Assembly (NCBI RefSeq): GCF_028713515.1
Contig: NZ_JAQTOD010000002.1
Location: forward strand, 178,501 to 242,500
From: Sulfurimonas sp.
GTDB taxonomy: Bacteria; Campylobacterota; Campylobacteria; Campylobacterales; Sulfurimonadaceae
DNA length: 64,000 bases
Direction: 5' to 3'
This document shows positions 35,770-44,350 of this stretch, piece after piece; positions within the stretch are counted from its first letter, which is position 1; every line of letters begins with the position of its first letter. Both the position numbers and the translations under genes were made by a program. The notes under the pieces are model-generated. The model saw only the letters and a list, made by a program, of their open reading frames with translations. It had not been told where the DNA came from and ran no database searches.

Positions 35770-36446
35770 TATCTCATCCTATCCATTAAAATTGCTCCGG
35801 CTGCACTAACATTTAAAGAGTTAAATTCGTGAGACATTTTTATACTTACTATCTCGTTTAACTTAGAACTAACTCTTGCACAAAGACCCTCGCCCTCGCT
35901 TCCAAAAACAAGAGCTCTTTTTTGTTTAACTTTTACATCTCTCACATCAGTGCCACCCATATCGGCACCATAAGTATAAAAGCCGGACATCTTAAGGTCG
36001 TTTATGACATCATGAATATTTGTCTCAATGCAAAAAGGTATATCAAAAAGCACTCCAGTGCTAGTTCTGATGATTGCTTCTAATGGAAGTGATTTTACTC
36101 CGCAAGCAATAACGCCATCAACACCTAGAGCATAAGCAGTTCTAATGATTGCACCAATATTTCCAACATCCGTCAGTCCAGATAGCACAACTATGAAATC
36201 ACAATTTAAAAGCTCTCTATAATCACGAAGTTTATACTCATCAACTTCAGCCAAGATGCCCTGATGAGACGCATTTTTGCACATTTTACCTGCTGCGTCA
36301 GATGGGATTCTTTTTATCTCAAAGCCCATTTTCATAAGCCTAGAGTACTCTTTTTTTTCAATCTCTTTGGCGATATAAAGAGTTTTGATTTTTTGTGGAT
36401 GATTGTCAATCATATAGTTGACTGGTTGTTTTGCGTATATTAACAT
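35769..36446 (-). CDS. TrmH/SpoU-family RNA 2'-O-methyltransferase (RlmB-like)
   Basis: DVGNIGAIIRTA, LVFGSEGEGL, SLNVSAAGAI SPOUT motifs. Confidence 0.85.
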   Translation of the reverse strand: MLIYAKQPVNYMIDNHPQKIKTLYIAKEIEKKEYSRLMKMGFEIKRIPSDAAGKMCKNASHQGILAEVDEYKLRDYRELLNCDFIVVLSGLTDVGNIGAIIRTAYALGVDGVIACGVKSLPLEAIIRTSTGVLFDIPFCIETNIHDVINDLKMSGFYTYGADMGGTDVRDVKVKQKRALVFGSEGEGLCARVSSKLNEIVSIKMSHEFNSLNVSAAGAILMDRMR

Positions 36447-36476
36447 GGGCGTATTTTATCCTAAATATAAAAAAAT

Positions 36477-37292
36477 TTATAGATTCAGCAATCTCTGATA
36501 ACAAGCTTTTATATTTTCACCTGTTATCTTGCTAATAAGTTTTGCTTGAACTTTTTTTGGCAACTCAAGCTCTAAAATGTCGCTCTGGCTTATAGCGCTA
36601 CTTGCTTGCACTTGCGAAGCTTTTAAAACAACAACCCATTCGCCTTTGTAGTTTCCAGAGAGTTTTTCAAAAATATCTTTTGCAGTACCGTGAAAATAGT
36701 TTTGAAACTTTTTTGTGAGCTCTTTTGCTAAGAAAATCTCTCTTTGTGGCTCCTCTTTATCTATCTCTAAAAGAAGTTTTTCAAGCCTATGTGGCGATTC
36801 GTACAATATAGTTGTGTAGCCATTGTGAAGTGCATTTTGTAACCCCTCAGCTCGACTGCTTCCTTTATGATCCAAAAAACCAAAAAAGAGCATCTGAGTC
36901 TCAACAAAACCACTAGCAACAAAAGCCGTTAAAAGCGCGTTTGCTCCAGGAAAAATATCGTATTTTACGCCGTTATCGATGCAGAAGCGAACCAGAAGTT
37001 GTCCAGGATCACTAATGCCTGGCATCCCGGCATCGCTAACATAAACAATATTTTTATCAAAAAAAGATGGAGTGAGTTTTTCTACAAACTCTTTTTCATT
37101 GTGTGAATGTAGAGAAATAAACTCTTGATTCTCTTTTTTTTGAAAATTGTATCGCTCTTTTAAGATGTTTAGAAGTTTTTTTGTAACGCGAGTGTCTTCG
37201 CAAAGAAGTGTGTCGGCATCACGAAGAGCTTCAATAGCTCTAAGTGACATATCGCCAATGTTCCCAATGGGTGTAGGAACGAGTTGCAGCAA
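36477..37292 (-). CDS. rsmI: 16S rRNA (cytidine1402-2'-O)-methyltransferase
   Basis: LVPTPIGNIGDMSLRA...CEDTR...SDAGMPGISDPG. Confidence 0.92.
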   Translation of the reverse strand: MLQLVPTPIGNIGDMSLRAIEALRDADTLLCEDTRVTKKLLNILKERYNFQKKENQEFISLHSHNEKEFVEKLTPSFFDKNIVYVSDAGMPGISDPGQLLVRFCIDNGVKYDIFPGANALLTAFVASGFVETQMLFFGFLDHKGSSRAEGLQNALHNGYTTILYESPHRLEKLLLEIDKEEPQREIFLAKELTKKFQNYFHGTAKDIFEKLSGNYKGEWVVVLKASQVQASSAISQSDILELELPKKVQAKLISKITGENIKACYQRLLNL

Positions 37293-37295
37293 AAA

Positions 37296-37496
37296 CTAGT
37301 TCTTAGCGTAACGCTTGTTGAACTTGTCAATTCTACCAGCAGTATCAACCATACGCTCAGAACCTGTGTAGAATGGGTGACACTCATTACAGATGTCAAG
37401 TCTTAATTCAGCAGTTTTTCCTTTTGTTTGAAATGTGTTTCCACATGAACAAACAACAGTACAATCGACTAACTTAGGGTGAAGATCTTTTTTCAT
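37296..37496 (-). CDS. rpmE: 50S ribosomal protein L31 (Zn-ribbon type)
   Basis: MKKDLHP...CSCGN...[10 protein letters not shown]; 66 aa. Confidence 0.95.
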   Translation of the reverse strand: MKKDLHPKLVDCTVVCSCGNTFQTKGKTAELRLDICNECHPFYTGSERMVDTAGRIDKFNKRYAKN

Positions 37497-37608
37497 TTTT
37501 TGCCTTTTGATACTCGGAGTTTGCGAATATCTATATATTTTTTGAATCCCTATGGGTGGGGATTTTTGAATTGGAATTGTATCTCAATCTATATTAAATT
37601 GCTATTAA

Positions 37609-38292
37609 CTATAAAAGCATCTTACTGCAAACTGCTAAAACTGCACTCTCAGAGCGTAAAACCATAGGAGTATCTAGTCTGAAAACTTCCAAAGATGAGA
37701 GCAACTCTTTTTCCGTTCTAGAAAATCCACCCTCGCATCCCACCAAAACTGTCTTAAAATCAGCGCTATTACTTAAAGTTTTATCGCAAAAATCAAACAC
37801 TTTTGTCTCTGGGAATTTTATTATAAACTCTTTTATATTTTTGTATGTATCAAACTCAATATACGAGTTTCTCCCACTTTGTTGCATCGAAGCTTCCAAA
37901 ATTCTCTTAAATCTCTCAAAATCAAGTTTAAAACTGTTTTGACTCCTATCACAATTTATAAAGGAGATTCTCTCAACACCTATTTCACAAAGCGATGGCA
38001 ACACTTTTTCTATTGATTTTGAATCAACAACGCACCATCCAACATGCAGACTCTTCTCGCTCTTAACATCCTTTTCAATCGACGAAACAAGCAAAGCAAC
38101 TGCATCTCTTGAGTCTATTGTCTGGAGCTTATAAGTGTGCAAATTAAGCAGATTATCTCTCGTTCTAAAGCAGATTTCATCGCCGATTTTATGTCTGCGA
38201 ACCTTAACTAAGTACTTGTAAAGCTCACCTTTTAGATGCAGAGTCTCGCTTCCTGCGCTATCTTCTAAAATGTATATCAAATCCACATCCAA
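37609..38292 (-). CDS. rsmE: 16S rRNA (uracil1498-N3)-methyltransferase
   Basis: 227 aa; HL.KV.R N-terminal PUA-like region and C-terminal GCEGGFS...LR.E motif. Confidence 0.82.
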   Translation of the reverse strand: MDVDLIYILEDSAGSETLHLKGELYKYLVKVRRHKIGDEICFRTRDNLLNLHTYKLQTIDSRDAVALLVSSIEKDVKSEKSLHVGWCVVDSKSIEKVLPSLCEIGVERISFINCDRSQNSFKLDFERFKRILEASMQQSGRNSYIEFDTYKNIKEFIIKFPETKVFDFCDKTLSNSADFKTVLVGCEGGFSRTEKELLSSLEVFRLDTPMVLRSESAVLAVCSKMLL

Positions 38293-38684
38293 ACTGATAT
38301 TAAAATAGTAACAGCGACTTCTAGCGCTAAAATCTTTGTTGCGTAAACTCGGTACTGAGCAAACGCATCACTCTTATTTTTATCAAGATATTTAAGTCCG
38401 CTTGAGCGTTTTACCTCTAAAAAAATTAAAACCGCAGCAAAAGCTATCATAGCTATGTTTGCAACACTAAACTGCAGATGTTTTGCCGCCATCATGACAA
38501 CACCTGTAAAAACAACGACACCAATAGTAGTTGCCCCAATAGGAGTAAAAAGCGATACCGCTCTCATATATTTCATTAAACTGTTTATGCCAAAGAGCAT
38601 TAAAAAATTGATAAAAATCACCACTAAGATGGAGATAACGCCGTAGTTGTGTGCTACAATACTCATATTATACATTTCATTCAT
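38277..38684 (-). CDS. small integral membrane protein, unknown function
   Basis: 135 aa, four predicted TM helices. No motif recognised. Confidence 0.6.
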   Translation of the reverse strand: MNEMYNMSIVAHNYGVISILVVIFINFLMLFGINSLMKYMRAVSLFTPIGATTIGVVVFTGVVMMAAKHLQFSVANIAMIAFAAVLIFLEVKRSSGLKYLDKNKSDAFAQYRVYATKILALEVAVTILISVWMWI

Positions 38685-38721
38685 AGTGAGATTTTACAAC
38701 AACTTTAATAAAAGAAGAGAC

Positions 38722-39942
38722 ATGGCAGTCACAGCAGAGCAGGCGCTAGAGTATATCTATGCAAACACAAAAGTCAAATCAATTTACATACTACCGATTG
38801 AGAATGTTTTAGGTTTCGTTTTAGCCGAAGATATCAAAGCCACTCACAACCTTCCCTCATTTGACAACTCTGCAATGGACGGATACGCCGTAAAAACAGA
38901 AGATGCAGGAAAAACCGTAGAAGTAATTCACACTATTTTTGCTGGCGACAATCCAACTATCACACTGCAAAACAATCAAGCTATTAAGATAATGACTGGC
39001 GCGATGGTTCCAAAAGGTTCCAACTGCATAGTTCCAATAGAAGATGTGATACAAATTGACAAAAACATAAAACTTCCTCAAAACCTAAAACAGGGCAGAC
39101 ACATTCGCTTATGCGGGGAAGATATAAAAAAAGAGACCACTATTTTACAAAGCGGTCAAAGAATCTTTGCACATCACATCACACTTTTGACATCTCAGGG
39201 CATCAGCCATGTGAAAGTTTACAAAAAACCAAAAGTAGCAATTTTTGCCTCAGGAGATGAGCTTAAGATGCACTTCCAAAAGGTTGAATCCTATCAGCTC
39301 TACAACACAAACAGCCCAACTTTTTTTGCAAGAGCCGAGGAGCTTGGATGTGAAGTTGACTTTATCGGTACTGCATCTGACACACTTGAGGATATTCAAA
39401 GGTACATAAAAAGTGCTCTTGATAGCGACCTCATCATAACTTCTGGTGGCGTAAGTGTAGGAGATGCTGACTTCACAAAAGAGGCATTTGGCAAATTTGG
39501 ATATGAGATATTTTTTGACAAAGTAGAGATAAAACCAGGAAAACCAACGACTTTTGGTCGAATAAAGAACACTCTGGTTTTAAATCTTCCAGGAAATCCA
39601 CTAGCCGCCACACTAAATTTTGAACTTTTTGCAAAAAGTATTATTCTTGCTATGAGCGGCGACAAAGAGAAATATATTGGAGTAATTGAGACAAAAATAT
39701 CAGATGACTTCTATATCAAACCAGGAAGAGTAACCATAACACCAGGCTATTTTGATGGTAAAATATTTGCGCCACTCAAAGACAGCTCTCCAGGAATGAT
39801 AACGCCAATGGCATGCTCTAATACATACATGATTACGGATGAGAAGTGTGAAATTTTAGAAAAAGATAGTATTGTAAAAATCATACCAACAAGATTTAGT
39901 TTCAACTCTACACAGACTATCGACCTTCTAAACAGACGCTAA
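38722..39942 (+). CDS. moeA: molybdopterin molybdenumtransferase MoeA
   Basis: PSFDNSAMDGYAV hallmark, SGGVSVGD, LPGNP. Start placed at ATG 38722 (MAVTAEQALEY). Confidence 0.9.
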   Translation: MAVTAEQALEYIYANTKVKSIYILPIENVLGFVLAEDIKATHNLPSFDNSAMDGYAVKTEDAGKTVEVIHTIFAGDNPTITLQNNQAIKIMTGAMVPKGSNCIVPIEDVIQIDKNIKLPQNLKQGRHIRLCGEDIKKETTILQSGQRIFAHHITLLTSQGISHVKVYKKPKVAIFASGDELKMHFQKVESYQLYNTNSPTFFARAEELGCEVDFIGTASDTLEDIQRYIKSALDSDLIITSGGVSVGDADFTKEAFGKFGYEIFFDKVEIKPGKPTTFGRIKNTLVLNLPGNPLAATLNFELFAKSIILAMSGDKEKYIGVIETKISDDFYIKPGRVTITPGYFDGKIFAPLKDSSPGMITPMACSNTYMITDEKCEILEKDSIVKIIPTRFSFNSTQTIDLLNRR

Positions 39943-39983
39943 ATATATAGCTTAGGTAACGAAGACAACCGGCACGCTAAGCT

Positions 39984-40553
39984 TTATATCATTATGATTT
40001 CGTCTGCGCACCATTTTGCTAACGCCAAATCATGAGTAATCAGCAACATTCCAACACTACTCAAATTTTTTACTAACATACCCATAATCTCAAGCTGGAT
40101 AACATTATCAAGGGCTGAGGTTGGCTCATCAAGAAGCAGTAACTCTTTTTTCATCAACAAGGCTCTTAGGATTGAAGCTCTCTGAAGTTGTCCGCCTGAG
40201 AGTTCGTGAGGAAGCTTCAGAAGTAGTTCATGTTCTAGATTAATTTTTTGCAAGTAATCATCTAAGTTTTCAAGAGTTGCCACATCACTTATCTGATTTA
40301 AGAGTGAATAACTTGGATGAAAAGAGCTATACGGGTCTTGAAAAACTTGTGTGTAGGATGATGATTTTATAGAGCCGGAGAGTGGTTTTATATTTTTTGT
40401 AATCAGGTCAAAAAGCGTACTTTTACCAGATCCGCTGGCCCCCACAATGGCTTTGATTTCACCTTTTTTTAGAGTGATAGAGAAGTCTCTAAAGAGCAAA
40501 AAATCTTTTTTGTAGCCAAAAGAGAGATTATCTATCTCTAAAATTTTGTCCAA
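39984..40553 (-). CDS. compact ABC-transporter ATP-binding protein (Dpp/Opp/Nik-like Q-loop)
   Basis: GASGSGKST, VFQDPYSSFHP, LSGGQLQR, LLLLDEPTSALD, ITHD. Only 189 aa, with no permease gene adjacent. Confidence 0.85.
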   Translation of the reverse strand: MDKILEIDNLSFGYKKDFLLFRDFSITLKKGEIKAIVGASGSGKSTLFDLITKNIKPLSGSIKSSSYTQVFQDPYSSFHPSYSLLNQISDVATLENLDDYLQKINLEHELLLKLPHELSGGQLQRASILRALLMKKELLLLDEPTSALDNVIQLEIMGMLVKNLSSVGMLLITHDLALAKWCADEIIMI

Positions 40554-40554
40554 T

Positions 40555-41250
40555 TTATTCGCTCTTATTTAGTGCAAAATATAGCTTTGTTAGCTCTTTA
40601 TATAGTGCATCTGGTTTTAAATCGCCATTACTTTGCCAAACTCTCTTCATAACCACATTGTCCTCTTCACCTGCCCATACTTTTATGTATTTGCCATCTT
40701 TATAACCATGATCTTGGCGAAACTGATTTAAGATATTTTTACCAACATATAGTTTGTAGAGAGAATCCAGATTCAAACCACTCATCAGAGTCAAATCAAA
40801 GAAATCTGATATTAATTTTTCAATATTGAGAGTATTTCTACTTAAAACATCAAGCATAATTATCTCAACTTTTTCTATAATTTCGTCCTGTGACGCAAAT
40901 GCTTCATGAGTGGTATCTATCTTCAGAAAACTCTCCATCAGCGAGATATTTATAGCAAGGTCGTCAACTGTACCTTTGAAAGTTTTTGAATAGTTCTCAA
41001 TCGCCAAACTCATAACAAAGTGCCAAACATCAACAACTTCAATCTGTAAGTTATCTAAATCTGCTTCTTTGTCGATGTTTTTCCAATGTTTCCATGAAAA
41101 ACTATCTATCATCTCAGCACACTCCATATAGATACATCTTTTCCAGTTGATGATTTTGCCATTTTTAGTTACGCCACCAACCCAATTTTTACCATTTGTT
41201 GATTCGTTTAACTCCGCTTGAAGCTGTAGCATTAGTAATATTTTATCCAT
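40555..41250 (-). CDS. dut: dimeric (all-alpha) dUTPase family protein
   Basis: 231 aa. W..C...E..E..D...WKHWK pattern like the C. jejuni-type dimeric dUTPase. TGGTACAAT promoter upstream (41277-41285). Confidence 0.78.
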   Translation of the reverse strand: MDKILLMLQLQAELNESTNGKNWVGGVTKNGKIINWKRCIYMECAEMIDSFSWKHWKNIDKEADLDNLQIEVVDVWHFVMSLAIENYSKTFKGTVDDLAINISLMESFLKIDTTHEAFASQDEIIEKVEIIMLDVLSRNTLNIEKLISDFFDLTLMSGLNLDSLYKLYVGKNILNQFRQDHGYKDGKYIKVWAGEEDNVVMKRVWQSNGDLKPDALYKELTKLYFALNKSE

Positions 41251-41289
41251 TATTTCTCTCTCTAATTAGTTAGCCCATTGTACCAAATA

Positions 41290-41298
41290 TGCTAAAAT
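41290..41298 (+). promoter_or_regulatory. extended -10 (TGCTAAAAT) for the unlisted small ORF
   Basis: Lies 23 nt upstream of ATG 41322, with a GAGGA Shine-Dalgarno between them. Confidence 0.4.
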
Positions 41299-41321
41299 AC
41301 ATTTCTTAATGCGAGGATTAA

Positions 41322-41495
41322 ATGAAGCAGATTAATTGTAGAAAATGTGAGTACTATTTTGTAACTTGGGAAGCGCAAAGACCGCATGGATGCAGAGCTT
41401 ATGGATTTAAGTCGCCACAAATCCCTTCGATTGTGGTTTTTCAAAGTAGCAAGAGTGATTGCACTATGTTTAAAGAGAAGAGCCCTGCCAAATAA
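41322..41495 (+). CDS. 57-aa four-cysteine small protein (not in the ORF track)
   Basis: My translation: MKQINCRKCEYYFVTWEAQRPHGCRAYGFKSPQIPSIVVFQSSKSDCTMFKEKSPAK. GAGGA SD sits 6 nt upstream. C6-x2-C9...C24...C47. Confidence 0.5.
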   Translation: MKQINCRKCEYYFVTWEAQRPHGCRAYGFKSPQIPSIVVFQSSKSDCTMFKEKSPAK

Positions 41496-41895
41496 TCTTT
41501 TTTCCAAATCCCAAGTTATTGTCCGTAAATTTAAAATAGTTTATTTTTATCTGCCAAAGTTTTGGATTCATAGCAATCGCATATGGAAATCTACTAAAAT
41601 AACTTTTTTTAAGCGCTTCATCTTCAAGAACCAAAAACTCTCCTCTAAATTGCACTCCTTGGATTTTACCGACTATTTTTGTCTCAAAAACAACAGCTCC
41701 TGCAACACTGCTGTTTTTAGAGATATTTTCTATATGAGTTGTCTCATCACTGCTTGCCACCACAAACGAGAGTTTTTCTAGTTCAAAAACATAAAAAAGA
41801 TTGCAAACACTAAGCTCTTTTAAATTAGAAGTTGCCAAACTAAGAACATGATGCTCTTGTAAAAAGGTATCTATCTTATGTAAATCACTACTCAT
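41470..41895 (-). CDS. yhbP: YhbP-family (UPF0306) PNPOx-like FMN-binding split-barrel protein
   Basis: GVQFRGEF...RFPYA...KFTDNNLGFGKKIIW closely parallels E. coli YhbP as I recall it. Confidence 0.82.
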   Translation of the reverse strand: MSSDLHKIDTFLQEHHVLSLATSNLKELSVCNLFYVFELEKLSFVVASSDETTHIENISKNSSVAGAVVFETKIVGKIQGVQFRGEFLVLEDEALKKSYFSRFPYAIAMNPKLWQIKINYFKFTDNNLGFGKKIIWQGSSL

Positions 41896-42133
41896 TGAAG
41901 TATTTAAAAAGATGCTTTTCTAGATCTTCCACACTATGAAACTCTCTTTTTCTTAACATTAACTGCGCTATATCATCATTTAGCATTGTCTCAAAGAGCT
42001 CTCTAGGAGATGTCATATTGTAAAAACTCTTTAAAAAGTCCAGCAATATCTCAAAATTATCACCTTTTTTACTACTATACGCCTTAAAAGTTTTAAACTC
42101 TTCCCAATTAATACTAACCATAAATTTCCCCAC
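41888..42133 (-). CDS. hypothetical small protein
   Basis: 81-aa ORF overlapping the yhbP-like start by 8 nt. No recognisable motif. Confidence 0.45.
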   Translation of the reverse strand: MGKFMVSINWEEFKTFKAYSSKKGDNFEILLDFLKSFYNMTSPRELFETMLNDDIAQLMLRKREFHSVEDLEKHLFKYFNE

Positions 42134-42238
42134 ACCCTCTTGAAGCTTTTTCTAGATTTTCTATTATCTCAAAAATAAGATTAAAAGTTATATTATTTTA
42201 TTTTTCTTCTTACAAATTATATTTAAGCTCATTTTCTA

Positions 42239-43111
42239 TCATTTCAGCCTCCCTAAAACTTCTAAAGCCTCCATCTCAAACTTTGAAAATGCAAACCACT
42301 TTTTACCCAAATCTTTCAAACTTGCTCCGATGTGGTAAATCTCGGTACTGTCGATTATCAAAAATCTATCGTGAGCTTTTTTGAACTCTTCTAGCTCTAT
42401 GTTTGCATATTGTGCTTTGTATTTCTGAAAATCAAGTTTGAGTTGCTTAGATATGCTCTGAGTAAAAATCTTTATTTTTAGTTTTGGATATTTGCTAAAG
42501 AGTGTAAAAACAGTATCATCTATGTAGTTGTCCATAAGCACTACTTCACTTTTTGCACTTTTAAGCAAATCGTTTATAAAAACATAAGCATCATAAATCT
42601 GCCCATCGAAAAAAATCCCCTCACTTGGCTTTTTTGTTTTATCTTCTAGGGCTTCAAAAAGTTTATCAAAGTTTTTATCATGTAAGGATAATCTTTGTTC
42701 AATTCTTTCAAATCGTTCATAATGAATAATATTTTGTGATATAAATTTTCTCATCTCTACAAAAGCTTTTATAATTTGAATGCTTATAGTAATAGCAATT
42801 TTACTTTTCAAAACAGAAGCCAACATTGACACACCTTGTTCAGTAAAGACATATGGTATTTTTCGTAAACTCATTTTATCATTGGATGTCGCAAATTGCG
42901 ATTTCCAATTTTCAAACTCTTCTTTTGAAAATTGAAACATAAACTCTTCAGGAAATCGCTCTATATTTCTTTTGACTTGTTCATTCAATCTTCGTGTTTC
43001 CACCTGATAAAGCTCCGCCAAATCCCTATCAAGCATCACTTGCAGCCCTCTAATGGTATGGATTTTGTCTTGTAGATTGTGTTTATCTATGGCTTGTAGT
43101 TCATTTGTCAT
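42239..43111 (-). CDS. ORF6N-domain DNA-binding protein with C-terminal variant HKD/PLD-like module
   Basis: N-terminus IHTIRGLQVMLDRDLAELYQVETRRLNEQVKRNIERFPEEFMFQ is the ORF6N signature. C-terminus reads SAKSEVVLMDNYID...HDRFLIIDSTEIYHIGASLKDLGKK. Confidence 0.85.
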   Translation of the reverse strand: MTNELQAIDKHNLQDKIHTIRGLQVMLDRDLAELYQVETRRLNEQVKRNIERFPEEFMFQFSKEEFENWKSQFATSNDKMSLRKIPYVFTEQGVSMLASVLKSKIAITISIQIIKAFVEMRKFISQNIIHYERFERIEQRLSLHDKNFDKLFEALEDKTKKPSEGIFFDGQIYDAYVFINDLLKSAKSEVVLMDNYIDDTVFTLFSKYPKLKIKIFTQSISKQLKLDFQKYKAQYANIELEEFKKAHDRFLIIDSTEIYHIGASLKDLGKKWFAFSKFEMEALEVLGRLK

Positions 43112-43208
43112 TTTAAATTCCTAGTATTCATTCCGTTGATACTACCAAAATAATTTATTTTCATTGAAAAATATGTCATTTTGCAATCTATTTGTTGCAA
43201 CCTCTGCC

Positions 43209-43221
43209 ACTATACCAAACT
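43209..43221 (-). promoter_or_regulatory. extended -10 promoter (GTTTGGTATAGT) for the ORF6N gene
   Basis: Same TTTGGTATA core as other minus-strand promoters in the window. About 100 nt upstream of the ATG. Confidence 0.4.
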
Positions 43222-43514
43222 TGCGACTGATGTGTCACAAACGCATTGGTACGATTTAATACACATACAATTTTCATGCCTTGACTTTGTACTGTGAGGT
43301 GCTCCTATTTTGTTCCTACATAGATATTTAGGTTCTCTATTTTTTGCATTAAGACTCTATACTTTTAAGATTTTTATTTAATTTCCCATTTATACACCAA
43401 GAACGAAAAAGTGGAAATTCACTCACTGGGGTTATGCTCGTAAATAAAGCCCTCTTTGTCAGAATTTGCTATTAAATTATGCAGATTACTTTCTATTTTT
43501 AAGAGAGTCATTTA

Positions 43515-44285
43515 TTGCCTTATAAATTCTATAAAACATTATACTATAATCACTCTATGCGATTTTATCATAGTAAAAAACTAACCTCTTTCTCAAATCT
43601 GACTCATGCTTTTACGACAAAAGAGAGTAGGAATCTGGCTTTTCATGTTGGTGACAATCAACTGAGCGTGGAAGAAAATCATCAAAACCTAGCAAATGAA
43701 CTTCTCTATAACAGAGACTCGCTTGTTCACATGAAGCAGATTCACTCGGATTTGGTGCATATTGTAAGTGGCGAGGATGATTTTCTCAATCCACCAACTT
43801 GTGATGCGCTTATTACTGACAAAACAGATACTCCGTTGATGGTTATGGTAGCTGACTGTACTCCTGTTCTTTTTTATGATGACAAGCAAAAAGTCATAGC
43901 AGTGGCTCATGCCGGAAGGGCTGGGGCTTTTAAAAATATAGTCAAAAATGTAATTGAGTGTTTTAGAGATGCATTTAAGAGTGATTCCAAAGATATATAT
44001 GTAAGTGTTGGTGCGAGCATTGGGGTTTGCTGTTATGAAGTTGGGAGTGATATTTTTGAAGAAGCCTCCAAAATAGGGCTTTCGTATGCGTTTGAGAAAA
44101 GAAACAACAGCTACTATCTCGATATAAACAAAATTCTATTAAATCAACTTCTTGAGTGCAAAATCAAAAAAGAAAATATTGAAATCATAAACGAGTGCAG
44201 TTGTTGTAACACTCAAAAATACTTCTCATACCGTGCAGAAAAAAACACTGGAAGATTTGCTGGTGTTTTGATGATAAAAAAATAG
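43515..44285 (+). CDS. pgeF: YfiH/PgeF family (polyphenol-oxidase-like, peptidoglycan editing factor)
   Basis: HAFTTK...QIHS..V...ADAL.T...ADC.PV...HAGR.G motifs. Start is TTG 43515 or ATG 43557 (uncertain). Confidence 0.85.
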   Translation: MPYKFYKTLYYNHSMRFYHSKKLTSFSNLTHAFTTKESRNLAFHVGDNQLSVEENHQNLANELLYNRDSLVHMKQIHSDLVHIVSGEDDFLNPPTCDALITDKTDTPLMVMVADCTPVLFYDDKQKVIAVAHAGRAGAFKNIVKNVIECFRDAFKSDSKDIYVSVGASIGVCCYEVGSDIFEEASKIGLSYAFEKRNNSYYLDINKILLNQLLECKIKKENIEIINECSCCNTQKYFSYRAEKNTGRFAGVLMIKK

Positions 44286-44350
44286 ATAAATTTATATATT
44301 ATTTATGCAACTAAAGATACCATTTACTAAATTTAATATAAAGGTGTTGC

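Noticed and set aside
37545-37567. Hairpin AATCCC-N8-GGGATT followed by a T-run on the plus strand, between rsmE and rpmE (both minus-strand genes).
   Set aside because: The U-tract is on the strand with no gene. On the coding strand it lacks a U-tract, so it may be a weak rsmE terminator or an rpmE leader element. There is not enough evidence to call an antisense transcript.
41292-41781. Track ORFs 41292-41507 (minus, 71 aa) and 41386-41781 (plus, 131 aa).
   Set aside because: They overlap a better-supported 57-aa plus-strand ORF (with SD and promoter) and the YhbP-like gene. Their sequences have no motifs and no ribosome-binding sites.
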